This document shows, piece by piece, positions 24,533 through 37,723 of a DNA stretch of 64,000 bases. The notes beneath the pieces are model-generated. The model did no database searches. It was not told where the DNA came from and saw only the letters and a list, made by a program, of their open reading frames with translations. The DNA lies in assembly GCA_965287045.1 (NCBI GenBank), contig OZ336880.1:57908001-57972000 (forward strand). Direction: 5' to 3'. Positions within the stretch are counted from its first letter, which is position 1. Every line of letters begins with the position of its first letter. This stretch comes from Carcharhinus amblyrhynchos (taxonomy: Eukaryota). Made by a program: the position numbers and the translations under genes.

Positions 24533-25690
24533 ATTGGGTGCATAAATCACTGAAAAGTGACAGGACAGGTTGAGAGAGCAGTTAATAAAGCATACCGTAC
24601 CCTGGGCTTTGTTAGTAGGGGCATAGAGTACTACAACAAGGAGGTAAGTCACTAGTTCAGCCTCTGCTGGAATATTGCTTCCAGTTCTGAGCATCACGTT
24701 TTAGGAAGTATGTGAAAACATTAGGGAGGGTGCAGAAACAATTTTCAAGGGATCCCAAGCATAAGGAACTACAGTTCATCGTGCCAGAGACTATGATTCT
24801 TGCTCACAGAAAAGGAGTTCAACAACTCTCAGGAAGCTAAGTTTTTTGGCTGTCTAGTTGTCAGTGACTTTTTAATTCAATCACTTCATTTACATCTGTT
24901 TTCCATGTTTCTCTCAATTCACAGAATTATTACAGTTCCTTATGTTTGGAACAGGGTGGCACAGTGGTTAGCACTGCTGCCTCACAGCGCCAGAGACCTG
25001 GGTTCAATTCCCGGCTTAGGTCACTGTCTGTGTGGTGTTTGCATGTTCCCCCGTGTTTGCTTGAGTTTCCCCTGGGTGCCCCTGTTTCCTCCCACAATCC
25101 AAAGATATATGGGTTAGGTGGATTGGCCATAATTACCCCTTAGTGTCAGGGGGGCCAGCTAGGGTAAATACAGGGGGTTATAGGGATAGGGTCTGGGTAG
25201 GATTATGGTCGCTGCAGACACGATGGGCTGAATGGCCTCCTTCTGCACTGTAAGATTCTATGATCATAAAGATAAGAGTAGAGAAGTTATGACTGTTTTT
25301 TTTCACAGGGAGAATAAGGTTGAGAGGAGATTTGATCGAGGTGTTCAAAATCATGGGTCTGGGCAGAGTAGATAAGGAGAAACTGTTTCCACGCATGAAA
25401 AGATCGTGGGGCCACAGGTTTAAAGTAATTAGTAAAAGAAGCAAAAGTGATATGAGAGGAAAACTTTTTATGCAGTGAGTGGTTAGAGTTTGAAATGCAC
25501 TGCCTAATAGTGTGGCAAGAGGCAGATTCAATTGATGCATCCAGAAGAGAATTAGAAAAGGAAGTCTGTGTAGTATTTTAGGGAGAAGTTAGGGGAACGG
25601 CACTGGGTGAATTGCTCATTCAGCGAGCCAGGGAAGAAAGATGGGCCAAATGGGCTCCTTTTGAACTGTAACAATTCTGTGGTTCTGTGA
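24533..25690 (+). mobile_element. CR1 LINE 3' part, interrupted by an insert and an HE1 SINE
   Basis: LGFVSRGIEY and LLEYCFQF motifs, then RLRGDLIEVFKIMG and the tail. Confidence 0.8.
24948..25264 (+). mobile_element. HE1 SINE, full length
   Basis: Intact A and B boxes (GGGTTCAATTCCC), core and CR1-type tail. Confidence 0.92.
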
Positions 25691-25789
25691 ATTGGCTGAC
25701 AGACCTGGAAAACAGATGCAAATGAAGTGATTGAGTTAAATCGTCATTGACAACCAGATTGCTGAAAAGCTTGGGTTCCTCCTTTCTGT

Positions 25790-26110
25790 GAGCAGGTCCA
25801 AATATTTGTTTACTAGCTCCTTATTCCCCATTTTAATTTCTTCTGTCTCTGTCTCTCAGGGATCACACTTGCTTTTGCTAATCTCTTCCTTTTTACATGT
25901 CTGTAGAGGATTTTATAACCTGTTTTTCTGTCTCTTGCCAGTTTATTCTCATTTTCTATTTACTCTTTCCTTATCAATCTTCTAGTCATCCTTTGCTGAA
26001 TTCTAAAATCCTCCCAATCCTCAGACTCGCTCCTCACTTTGACAACATTATAATTCTCTTCCTTTAATCTAATATCATCTTTAACTTCTCTCGTTAGCAA
26101 CGGTTGGACC
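25790..26110 (-). mobile_element. CR1 ORF2 internal fragment
   Basis: Minus strand LTREVKDDIRLKEENY...EDWEDFRIQQRMTRRLI. Confidence 0.8.
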
Positions 26111-26804
26111 ATAACTATTCTACAACATGCAACACAAAATATTTCAGATGAGGATTTTGTTTCATTAATAATGTATATGCATGTTTAATGTTGTTTATTC
26201 GATAGCAGAGAACGGATTCAGTTGTGCCACTGAACTGACTATTAATTAAGAATCTTTTATTAATTTAAGACTGAAATAGTCACTCCTCACTTGCTTATCT
26301 GCAGGATTTGGTCATTATTAATAATTTTGAATGGAAATACTCCATTCCCAGGGGTCATTTTGCCCAGACATGATCATTATACTTACAACAGAAGCAATGC
26401 TGAAAAACCTTTCTTGCTAATGCATCACTCTATATATTTTTGCTGCACGCATGACTAATAGTAATTTTTTTTAAAAAGTAGTCTGAATAATGTCATCTTT
26501 CTCTTTAGTACAGGGAAGCATATTTAAATACTTTCGCTTCCTGAGGAGAGGTTAACATTGAAAGAAAAAGTCTTAGTCACAATGCTAACTCCCCAGAGAT
26601 GTTTGACATGCATGATGCGGAGATACAGAACTAGCAAGGGAGATACTCCAGTACTTTTTGACAGATGGAATGACTATTGTGTAGTGGGGATATGTAGGAA
26701 CAGGTGTGGTGCAATAATGTGATGTGCAGACTCCATCCCCATTATCATCAGCGTCTGGGAGAGCAGATGGGCAAAGAAAACCATCAGAGACCACGGCTTG
26801 TCAG

Positions 26805-26818
26805 TCACCAGGTGGCGC
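26805..26818 (+). promoter_or_regulatory. Candidate CTCF site
   Basis: TCACCAGGTGGCGC is a near-consensus CTCF core. Confidence 0.5.
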
Positions 26819-29800
26819 CAGGTAATAAACTGCGAAGCAGGAGCCTCTGTATCTCCTGTGAAATCACTGTCAGGTCCTGGGTTCTGCATCTGAAGGCAGA
26901 CAAGTGGATTATCTGCCGCCTGTACTGTTGGGCGTACTATATAACATGCTCATTAGGAGTGCTGAGCTATAGCTCCCTGTTACAATAAAGGCAGGGATCA
27001 CAGCAGGAAAGCGATGGCTCAGACTTCTCACATTCCCACTCTACTTCAGCATTGCCTTGCACAGCCTTTCCTGTCAGCTCATTAGTAGGTGCACTGATGC
27101 ATAAGAGACAGTCATTAGTGGAGTTTTCAGCACTGGCATCCGATCAGGTGATTGGAGAAAACATAAGGAAGAAAAATCCTCTACATTGTCGTCAGTGAAG
27201 TCACTGCCCTTCCTAGCATATTGAGTGTAGATGGGTAGCATATCCAGCGGGTTCCAAGTTTTTCCCAAAGGATAGCCAGCTCTTTGTATGATAATACCAA
27301 CACGAGAATTATCTACTTGAAGTAATTTGCCCTTAGATTTTATCAGCGTTGCAACAGAGCAGGCAGTATTCCTAATGCTTCATCTCCTGTCAGTCACCAG
27401 GTAAAGCACTCATCAATATCCCCAAATTTATGAAAAGGATACATAAACAAACAGCCAGCTGAACAAATCGGTGGTATCAACATTTTTTACAACCTTTTTC
27501 TGAGAAAATGAATCTATTTAGAATAAATCTGCCAGTAATCTTTGCATCTCTGCAGAGTCTTTCATTAAATAGGTCAGTGAAGCGTAATGTCAATAATTTG
27601 GTAAAAATGATCAGGGAAAATGAATTTAAATGGAGACAATGTACACTTCATCTTAGGGATGGTTTCACGTCATTCTGAAGATCTAAAAATTGAGCATGTT
27701 AACTCAGATCAGCGATTTAGTCAATTTCACAAGCAAGAATTTGTTTTAACTTGATGTATCCGTGGACAGGTAAAAATCAGCATAAATCATTTCAAATTCT
27801 GAAACAATCAGCTGACGTTAAAAAGCTGGAAGATAAACTGATCTAAAGTTACTAATGTCCAGAGGCACTCGCTGCAATCTGTGCCGGCAGTTGTGGTTAC
27901 TAGAATGCATATTATTTAACTCTAAAATGAAGCAAACCAAAGAAAAAAATCTATTACAGAGTTAAACCTATTTTACAAAAAAAAGCTAGAAAAGCAATAA
28001 GACTATAATTGTTTCCTAATCTAAAAATCATTTGAAACAATTTTAATCAGTCAGGAAGCCAAATTGAAATGTATGCTCCCTGCACTCTGTCTTTCAATTC
28101 TTCTAAACAAAACTTCCAGTGTGGAAAAAAAATGTCATTCTCTGTTGGTGAATAAAATAATAATTAGCGCCTGATTGCTTAGTGATTGAAAAAGGAGACA
28201 GATTTGTTGTGAATTATCAGTTTCTGAAGAAAACATCTTTCCATAGTCAGGAATTTTGGGCATTTTATTTTGTTTTGAGCCAAAGTGTAAGTAAAAGTGG
28301 CTTTAAGTTCAGTCCTTTCCCTGGACTTGCTGCAATTTGGCAGCCTGTCCTTGTCTTGACCCCTTCTACTTGTAGGCACTTCATTTTCACAGTTTTCCCT
28401 TTTGTGCCAAACTGGAGAAGTGCTTATAAATTTAATTGGGGTCAGGTTGGGCCCATTTCTTTGACAAAAGGAAAGAGTCATAAGTTAACACAGAATGACG
28501 TGAAAGCAGATGAGAAGGGAAAAGCCCTCTTTGTAAAAGTTTACCGAAACAAATCACATCAGCTTAATCAGGTCCGGCGCTGCTATGTTAGAAACTTTGC
28601 ATGCCAATTACATAAAGTTCCAACTGCATCTACCTCCTGCTGACTAATTCGCTGTTGATTGTTTTCCGCTACATGGATTTCAGCATTTGTTAAAGGTAGA
28701 AAAGACAGGCCACAGTCAGGAGAATTCTCCACTTCCATTAAACTGTCTTATGATCGCCAACAATTAGTTAAGCTTCTCGGCAGTAAAATGACAAGATGAG
28801 ACTTGGTCAAGTACAATGTGTAAAGCACATAGGCATCTGCCCCAGCTGAAAGACTTTACAATGTTTGTTAACCTCATGGGTCAGTCCTGATTCACTCCTG
28901 TAGACAGAAAACAAGATTTATATAACGTAGATCAATACATGCTTGAAGACTTTCACCATTGAAGATGCTGGATCTAGGCACTTCTCTTTATCAGTTTATC
29001 ATGACATTAATGTATTTTTTCCTATTTACCCAGGCAGTGATGAATCTGTTGGCAGCAAAAGCAAATAAGTTTTGTTGTTGAGAGACATTCTGTTCATGAT
29101 TTTGCTCATCGTGCATGCTACCCCGCCAGACAATTCATTAGCCATTTACTTCAAGTGGTGTATTTCTCTCCCTCTCGCAGTTCAGTCTTTTATCTAGCGT
29201 ACACACCAATGCCAGATTAACTAGTTTACTTTCTGCTTCTCAGCAATGGCTTGATTATTGGCATTAGAGAACTGAAAGCTATTCATCTTGTACTTAAACT
29301 AAGGATATGCTTCCAATGCATTCTAAAGTATAACCAATTTTGGGGCAAAACCTATTGTCCAATCAGGTGAAACTCTATTAACAGTAAATTCTGTCGTCTT
29401 TTTTGAAAATTCTGGAGAAAATAAGTCTACAACAATTGGATAAATATAACAAAAATACTGCCTTCCAATTTGTTTTCCTTGTTTCTGTTTTTTTTAATAT
29501 TCCCACATGCCCTGAAACATTTAAAATCTTCATTGCTAGAACAAGAAATTGATTACACTGGAGTGGGACATTGCAATAGCTAAATTTATCAATGCAATGA
29601 ACCAGTTAGAAGATTCTAGACTCAATCACTGCCAAGGCAAAAATTGGGAAGCTACAATTGACCTCAGTGCATTTGAGCTAAAAAAAGATAAAATCGGCTG
29701 TGTAATCCATTCTGATTGCTTTCTCGTGATACATGCTGGAAAGTCAATATGTACCATCTCATGAAGACAGGATTGAGTTTGTTAATGATTGGCGAAGAAT

Positions 29801-30574
29801 TATTCCCCATCACAACTGTTTGGGTGGGGATCAATTTCCACGACTTAATCTCCTGAGTGAAATGCCCATGAATGCGTACTGGTGGCAAATGACAGATAAG
29901 GCAGTTGTTAGGCCGCATGATTATGATCATTAGGAGCTTGACGTTAAATTGAGCAAAACTGGGGACAGCAGGTGCTGACATGTTCTACTCATTTTTGGGG
30001 GCTTGTTAAAGTGATCCTCAGACAAACCAGTGGAAGTTTGTGGTGAAAATGACATTTTTTCCAGGAGAAACAGCAGTAACTCCTCCTGCCTCCACAGCCA
30101 TTGGATTGGATGCATTGTTGCCAGCCTGGTGTCACTCACACTCTTATATATTCATCTACCCCTTTCCCCCCACCCCAATTCCACCCCCTCCAGCCCCACC
30201 CAGCCCCCCTCTCCACCCATCAACCAACCAGGACTTAACTGTAGTGACTGAGTCATTGAGCTACTTCAGGAAACCTCAATGATGTTTGCAACTTTCACAC
30301 AATGTGGCTCAATTTGGGACTGAGGTATCAAACAGCCATCTGGAGCAATGGACCTGTATCTCAGCATTCAAGCACAGATAAATGGTGAAAAATAATTGGG
30401 ATTTTTTTTTTCTCACCATTTATATCCAGCAATTGCCCTCATCCAAGTGGTAATTATTCAAATATAAGCCTTGACAGTGTGCGATAGGAGAATATTTCAC
30501 CACGGGAAATAAATTATAGCTGAGGTCAATTATGCTCTCACCTGATAATTACAAATGCACATTTCCAACAGGGG

Positions 30575-30735
30575 CTGTAGGATAACAGGCAGGAATGGGG
30601 AACCCAGCTGATTTTTATCTTCCTTAATCCAGAGGCACTTCTACCACCAGACCAGCTGAGATCAAACAAGAGAACAACAGGCAGCAAGGATTGAACCTGG
30701 AACTTTATTCGCTCTTGGACAGATTTACTGAGCTG
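30575..30735 (-). mobile_element. Old SINE-like fragment (family related to 58240-58440)
   Basis: Minus strand has B-box-like CCAGGTTCAATCCT followed by GATCTCAGCTGG. Weak similarity to 58270-58310. Confidence 0.35.
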
Positions 30736-30859
30736 TCTGACAGGCATTTTTTCATATATCGCTCCTGTGAATTTTGACATTACAGCGAAATATTTACTCA
30801 AAATGTAAATCAATGCATCAGGATTATGACTTTCAATAGATAATGAAGAATTAAAGTGT

Positions 30860-31750
30860 CAAATCTTCCAGTCTCCAGACTGCTGGAAACCCTAAGGGCA
30901 ACTGAAGGCCTGTTTCCAAACCCTATGGAAGCCACCTCCAGCCATCTGACTAGCCCTGCCAAGTGAATGTGACCCAACAGCCCAAGCACCTGACTAATCC
31001 CCACAACACAATTTTTCTCTGCACACTAGATATGACTGTAACACTACATTCTGCACCCTCTACTTTCCTTCTCACTGATGTACTCTATGAACGGTATGCT
31101 TTGTATAATGCGCAAGAAAAATGTTTTTCACTGCATACCAATACATGTGACAATAATAAATCAAATCAACTGACCCCCTGACCCAACCCAACTAACTTCC
31201 ACCCACCCCACCTAGCCCTGTGTTCCCTACAACCTCTGAACACTTATCCACAACCCTACCTAACACTCTGCCCACCTCACCCAATTCACACACATCACCG
31301 CGTCACCCACCTACAGCCCATCCACTCCACCTTCCTACCAACCTCATCAACTTACTCACTTCACATACCCATCTCACACAGCTCATACACTTCACCCACT
31401 ACTCCCCTATCCCACCTACCTATCTCACTCTCACTTCCACTCTATCCACCTCACTCCTACTCACTTGCTTACCTCACTCACTGACTCAGCCATTCATCCA
31501 CTCACCCATTCACTAACATTCAAACTGGAACATTAAACTTACCATATGGCTGCTTGTGCCATATAAGGGTGTTGTATCTTCTGCACTGATTCCCTTTGTG
31601 AGTCTTTGCATGATTTCCTGCTCTGAATGATCTTCAGGGTGCTGCATGAGAAGTTGCATCCTTTTAAACATAACCATATTAGTGCACAGTTTTCTGATTG
31701 AGTCACATTAGATGCAATGGTTCTGATGGTGATGGAAGATTATGGCCAAA
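30860..31750. mobile_element. Non-autonomous element with a C-rich (CTCACCCA-like) interior; copies at 36610-37723 and 60040-61210
   Basis: Shared junction CATTAAACTTACCAT..GC.GCT.GTGCCATA.AA matches the reverse complement of 60300-60340. Confidence 0.6.
31005..31170 (+). mobile_element. Rex1/Babar LINE 3' tail
   Basis: Ends ATACATGTGACAATAATAAATCAAATCAA, the reverse complement of 45046-45160. Confidence 0.8.
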
Positions 31751-34421
31751 GTGTCTATCCCCAAATTCTGTTATATTTTTGCAGTAGAAATGATGTAAAT
31801 GTATTTTCTGTAAGTTAGATGACAGAAAAAGTACGTCTTTGAAAAGCTGCAAAAGATATTTCAGTGCTCAAAAGTGTACATATGTACTGATTCCAAGTTT
31901 GCCACCTTAATCTCCTTGGCAGAATACATTAATTATAACAATGACTTTACCTTTCTTCATCACAAATTTCTTATTAAAATTTCACACATTGTAAGATGTG
32001 TTGCTTGCCAATCGGCAAAATTTACTCAACAAACTTTAATCTTATGAGATTTGCAATGCAAAAAATGACTTATGAACCACGACAGTAGTATCAAAGCTTA
32101 TGAGTGCTTTAGGAGATGCTTTAATTACATGCAAATTACAATATGTCTTGGCAACATATTCATTAAAGGTATAGCATAAAAAGGGACAACAAAGCAGTAA
32201 CTTCCCTCCTGATACATTGGTTCAAATTTTGCATATGCAAAGTTTAATTAAGCAATAGATTTTGTTTGAAAGGAATGTTTAAGGCAATGGATCCCCTGAG
32301 TAGATGTGTGTCGGACCAAAGGTAATTTGTCCTTTCATTGATGCCAATTGCAAGCCTCGCAAAAAGCAGGCATTCTATGTTCACGGCAGAGAGTACATTT
32401 ATGAGAGCAATACATTGTCTTTCTTTCTTTGAGCATATGTCCCAGCAAAATATGAACTGCTGATTAACCTGACATATATTTTGAATGTCAAGAAATCTCA
32501 TCTGTTTCCTCTGCCCCAGACTTACTTAGTATTGAATGGAGTTCCTCATTTCCATTACTTGGTGTTAAGTTGAACTGGAAAATAAAAAAAATCAAATGTT
32601 GTATTTCCATCTTATTTCCAATTGTAAACAGGGGTTTAAAAAGAGAAGCTGTCATGGGGATGAATACTTAATTAAGTGCATGAGTTTATCTATTGTGATG
32701 ATTATTTAGTTGGTTCTCATTTAGTTACATCAAAAATTTAGCTGAAATATATGGAGTGATATTACTTAGAATATTAAAATCCACTAACAGACTTGTGCCA
32801 GCTGCAGCTAGCATCCACACTCATTCCTCTTTTCAGCAGTTCAGAATCAAAGCACCGGTAAGTTAATGCTCATCAGAAATTGCTTGTCTGCACAACTGAT
32901 TCCTAAACCCAGATCAATTAATTCAATTTATTTAGATTTCTCTATTCAATTGTAGTCTAATTGGGTTTAGATTTTGTTCACACTTGAAGTGATCTGAATC
33001 ATATCTCCTCAGGCATGCATTTTCTTAAATAACTTAGGGACCAATAACAATGATTTTTTTTCACAAGTATAAAAATGTCATTCTTTTATTTACATCCTCT
33101 CTTCCTATTTCCTTCTTCAAAATGCTCTTATTGGTTGCTTCCCTTCAAGGGCCATAATTCCCTTCAGTAACAAATTCAGTAACACCTGAAGTGCACAGGG
33201 ATAAACAAGAGGGATAACTGGCAAAAGAGTGGAACTCTTACAAAAGCATAGTTCTGCTTTTCATCATTTACACATGTTACAACGTTTATGATCTGCCCAG
33301 TAATGGAAATATTTTGGCACTGTTTGACATTAGCTGTAGATCCCTGTCTCATCAAACAGAATAATGGACTTGATGAGAAAAGCCTATTGATGTCACTGTG
33401 CCTGTGTCCAAACCTTTAAGGCTACGAAGAGATAAGGCTCAGCTGTCAGTTTTCCACAAGATGATGGAAGAATCACCATACTTGCTGGCACTTATAACAG
33501 ATCTCCCATGTTTATTCCAGGAATCTGTGAGTTATTGCAGCTGTATGTCAACATTTGTTATCAATCCAAAGGTTCTGCAGAAATAACAGTAGGGAAACGC
33601 AGTGCTTGTGAAATTCTTTCCTGAAAATTTTATTGCCTGGACCCCTGTTAGATGTTGGAATGCATAGTTAATCATTACTTTCTGAATAGAGTTACTGGAG
33701 CATGCATCTGGGTATGATAAAACTGTATTGGCAGTTGGTGTTTGAAAACAATTGTTCCAACTTTTTCAGGCAAACCTGGAGATCGTTTTGTGAAATTTCA
33801 GCCCCTGTTATGGGTATCTCCAAATATATGCTTTTATTCTGTCACATAGGCCCAGGCTTTCAGTGCCTCTCCGTTTTTTACTGAGATCTGTGACAAGTGA
33901 GGGGCAGAAAGATGCTTGGGATTATGCTTTGTTGCATTGTCACTTCTTCAGCATACCCTCTCTTCCCTTTTCTCTGGGTCCAATTTTGTTGGGGTACAAT
34001 ACACCACCCTTGATAATAGAACATTAATCAATGTGCCATGATTCCTATATTTGGCCATAAACATTGTATAGAAAATTGGCCCATTTGGCTGAAGCATCCA
34101 ATATAAAATGGGAAACAAAAAGGCAGTGGACAGTTTATTTTGCTTGCAGCTTTCAAAGTGGGCTAAGTTAATAATTCACACAGAGGTCCATTTTTCAGGT
34201 AATCAGGAGGTTGTCTGCAATCAGACATTGAAACAGGACCTCTCTCCCTCCCTACAATGTCTACCATGATTAATACTTCCTATTGACAAGACTCCAATAT
34301 GATAATAAATCATATCCAGAAAGTTAACCAGGTAAAAGGACTGGTCTGGGGAGATTAGTCAAAAAGAAAATGGAAAATCTAGGCTATCTACTGAAAAGAC
34401 CTAACCCTCTGTAAAACTTCC

Positions 34422-35415
34422 AGATCAGTGCTGGGTCCATTGTTATTTGTCACTTATATTAAGGATTTGGATGAGAATATAGGAGGCATGGTTAATAAGT
34501 TTTCAGATAACACCAAGATTGGTGGCATAGTAGACAGTGAAGAAAGTTATCTCCAAATGCAATGGGATCTTGATCAATTGGGCCAGTGGGCTGACGAATG
34601 GCAGATGGAGTCCAATTTAGAAAAATGCGAGGTGATGCATTTTGGTAGATTGAACCAAGGCAGGATTTACTCAGGTAATGGTAGGGCATTGGGGAGAGTT
34701 ACAGAACAAAGAGATCCAGGGGTACATGTTCATAGCTCCTTGAAAGTGGAGTCACAGGTGGACGAAATGATGAAGAAGGCTTTCGGCATGCTTGGTTTCA
34801 TCAGTCAGAACATTGAATACAGGAGTTCGGATGTCTTGTGAAGGTTGTACAAGACATTGGTAAGACCGCACTTGGAATACTATGCGCAGTTCTGGTCACT
34901 CTATTATAGAAAGGATATTATTAAACTAGAAAGAGTGCAGAAAAAATTTACCAGGATGCTACCAGGACTTGATAGCTTGAGTTATAAGGAGAGGTTGGAT
35001 AGACTGGGACTTTTTTCTCTGGACCGTAGGAGGCTGAGGGGTGATCTTACAGAGGTCTATAAAATAATGAGGGTCACAGATCAACTAGATAGTCAATGTC
35101 TTTTCTCAAAGGTAGGGGAGTCTAAAACTAGAGGGCATAGGTTTAAGGTGAGAGAGGAGAGATACAAAAGTGTCCAGAGAGGCAATTTCTTCCCATAGAG
35201 GGTGGCGAGTGTCTGGAACAAGCTGCCAGAGGTAGTAGTAGAGGCAGGTACAATTTTGTCTTTTAAAAAGCATTTCGATAGTTACATGGGTAAGATATGC
35301 ATAGAGGGATATGGGCCAAATGCAGGCAATTGGGATTAGCTTAGAGGTTTAAAAAAGAGGGTGGCATGGACAAGTTGGGCCAAAGGGCTGTTTCCATGCT
35401 GTAAACCTCTATGAC
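34422..35415 (+). mobile_element. CR1/HER1 LINE, 5'-truncated (RT C-terminal part and 3'UTR)
   Basis: SVLGPLLFVTYIKDLD..KFSDNTKIGG (cf. KFADDTK) and YKTLVRPHLEY..QFWS..RRRLRGDL, with stops and frameshifts. Confidence 0.95.
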
Positions 35416-35509
35416 CATTCTCAAATCCTATTCTGAAAAGGGGGCATGTCCTCTCTCTAACCTTCTTGAATTATTAAGCAATCGTTATAGCTGCCCCTCA
35501 TACGAGTAG

Positions 35510-35810
35510 CAGAGAGAGCAGGAATCTGACAAGAAATTGGCAGTTAACATAAAAGGGAATCCCAACGTTTTCTGTAAGTATATACATAGTAAAAAGGTGA
35601 TAAAAGGAGGAGTATGGTGATTAGGGACGTAAAAGGGGATTTAGGCATAAAGGCAGGGGGCACAGTTGGGGTATTAAATGGACACTTTGTCTTCATCGAG
35701 GCAGAAGATGCTACCCAGGCCATGGTATAAGAGGAAGTAGTTAATACCCTGGAAGGATTTCAGATTGATAAGGATATTAATGGGCTGTCTTTACTTAAAG
35801 CTGATCAAAC
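35510..35810 (+). mobile_element. CR1 ORF2 internal fragment
   Basis: KLAVNIKGNPNVFCKYIHSKKVIKGGV. Confidence 0.75.
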
Positions 35811-36064
35811 ATTAAAGAATACAGAGAGAAGAGAGAAGAAGGAAGTGATAGTCTTCCTTCTATCGGATCGTTGTGTCACTATAATGGCATAATAATTGGG
35901 CACGCTCACTGTACATGACGCAGGGCACCAATCACTCATAAGGGATTTGGTTCAAACATTATGGGTTAATTTATTAAGATTTCAGAGAACAATTGTACAT
36001 AGGTACAAAGTTTAAAGGCCTCAGAGCCCTGTATATGTTCTGCTCAAAGCAAAAGTGAAATGAA

Positions 36065-36600
36065 GACTTCCCAAAGCCTGTCCATCATTCACAGGCACAG
36101 GTCAGGAGTGTATTGGATTACTCTCTGCTTGCCTGAAGGAGTGCAGTTCCAATAACACTCAAGAAGCTTGACAAAGCAGTCCATTTGATGGGCAACACAT
36201 CAACTACCTTAAATATTCACTCCTTCCACCACTGACATACAGTAGCAGCAGTGTGGGACAATCTAAAATATGCAATGCAGCCACTCGACAATAGCACCCT
36301 CCAAACCAGTGACTTCTACCACATTATGGACAAGAATAGTACATATATGGGAACACCTCCACATTCCCCTCAAAGTCACACACAATTTTGGAATCATATT
36401 GCCATTCCTTCACTGTCTCTCAATCAAAATTCTGAAACTATCTTCCTGACAGCACTGAATGTACCCGCGTCAATGGACTGCAGTGGTTCAAGAAGCCAGA
36501 TCACTACCAACTTCTGGAAGGCAATTAGGGGTGGGCAAAAAATTTATCCTTGTTAGTGATGTTCATGCCCCAAATCCATAAAAGGAAAAAAAAGAAAAAT
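36065..36600 (+). mobile_element. L2/Crack-like LINE 3' end
   Basis: QVRSVLDYSLLA..AVPITLKKLD, with tail GGACTGCAGTGGTTCAAG..GGCAATTAGGGGTGGGCAA. Same family as 44175-45045. Confidence 0.7.
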
Positions 36601-36609
36601 TAGTCCAGA

Positions 36610-37723
36610 ACTGGCGCGTTGGAAGATGTGTGTAAGGACCCAATGGACCTATATGGAAATTCCCACAGACTTTTAATCTTCAAATGGCCAATTCCCAGAT
36701 AACTGAGGCATTCGTCAATATCTCTGACACTGAGATACAGTCAGAGACTAAGGGAGCAATTTTCTCAGCTCGCTGAGCCTGGTGCAGATCGCATTGACCC
36801 TGGGAAATAGCGTGTGAGCCTGAAAGTGGGTTCCGTGCCAAGTTTGCAATCATCCTGGGCTCTTTCTAATGGGAGTACAAACTGGATCATGCTGATTAGC
36901 ATATTTAAAACAGCATTTAAATTTGCATAGCCCATTTGTTGCGGGATGGCATCCTGGCAGTGCCAGTTGGGCACTGCCTATGTTACAAGGACAGTGTCAA
37001 GGCAGAGATGTCTAAATGGGGATTATGATGGGAGGGCCTATGACGGGGGGGGCGGGGGGGGCCTATGCCAGGGAGGCTACATAGGGAGATGGCGTGCAGG
37101 GGTGAGGGTCGTACAGGGGTGGAACATGTTGGGGGAATAAAAGTGGGCATGTCGACGTCATGAAAGGGAGCCATCTGAATATCCTCTGGCCCAAAATGGC
37201 TCTCCCCCAACCACATGACTAACGTTGACCTGACTACCTACCTGCTTACATCACCAACCTATTTACTCAACTACCTCGTTACCTCACCCAGTTATTGATT
37301 CACCCATTTACCCCTCTCACCCATCCCACCTTAGTCACTCACCCACCTTCACACCTACACACCTCACCCATTCATGCACCTACCCATTCATTCACTTACT
37401 CTCTCACCCATTCATGTATTCATTCATCCCCTCACTCATCCTTTCACTCATCCATTCACTGACACATATACATTCATTAAGAAACAGAATCCTTAAGTAC
37501 TTACCAGAACATTGTAACAAGCGCCTTAAACAGCAGGTGTAACCTCTTGTTCTGCTGACTCTCCTCAACTCACAGGAGATAGATGGGAGACTTTGTCTTG
37601 CACTTTTTTTACAGCTGCTACCAGAAGATCTGGGGAGAAATGCACAATAGTATCAGGTTGTGAGAAACCTTGTGGCCAGTAGCATTGTCCCCAGTATTGC
37701 CACTGACCAGAAGATTCAGACCA
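36610..37723. mobile_element. C-rich-interior element with another MITE piece nested at about 36752-37160
   Basis: 36625-36680 resembles the reverse complement of 61090-61157. C-rich interior at 37220-37480. Confidence 0.5.

Noticed and set aside
28182-28643. 153-aa ORF
   Set aside because: Non-ATG start, no domain and no splice structure; more consistent with non-coding sequence.
33521-33526. Possible 6-nt microexon (ttattccag GAATCT gtgagt); similar candidates at 46055-46060 and 46214-46233
   Set aside because: Such patterns arise by chance in 64 kb, and there is no host gene or transcript evidence.
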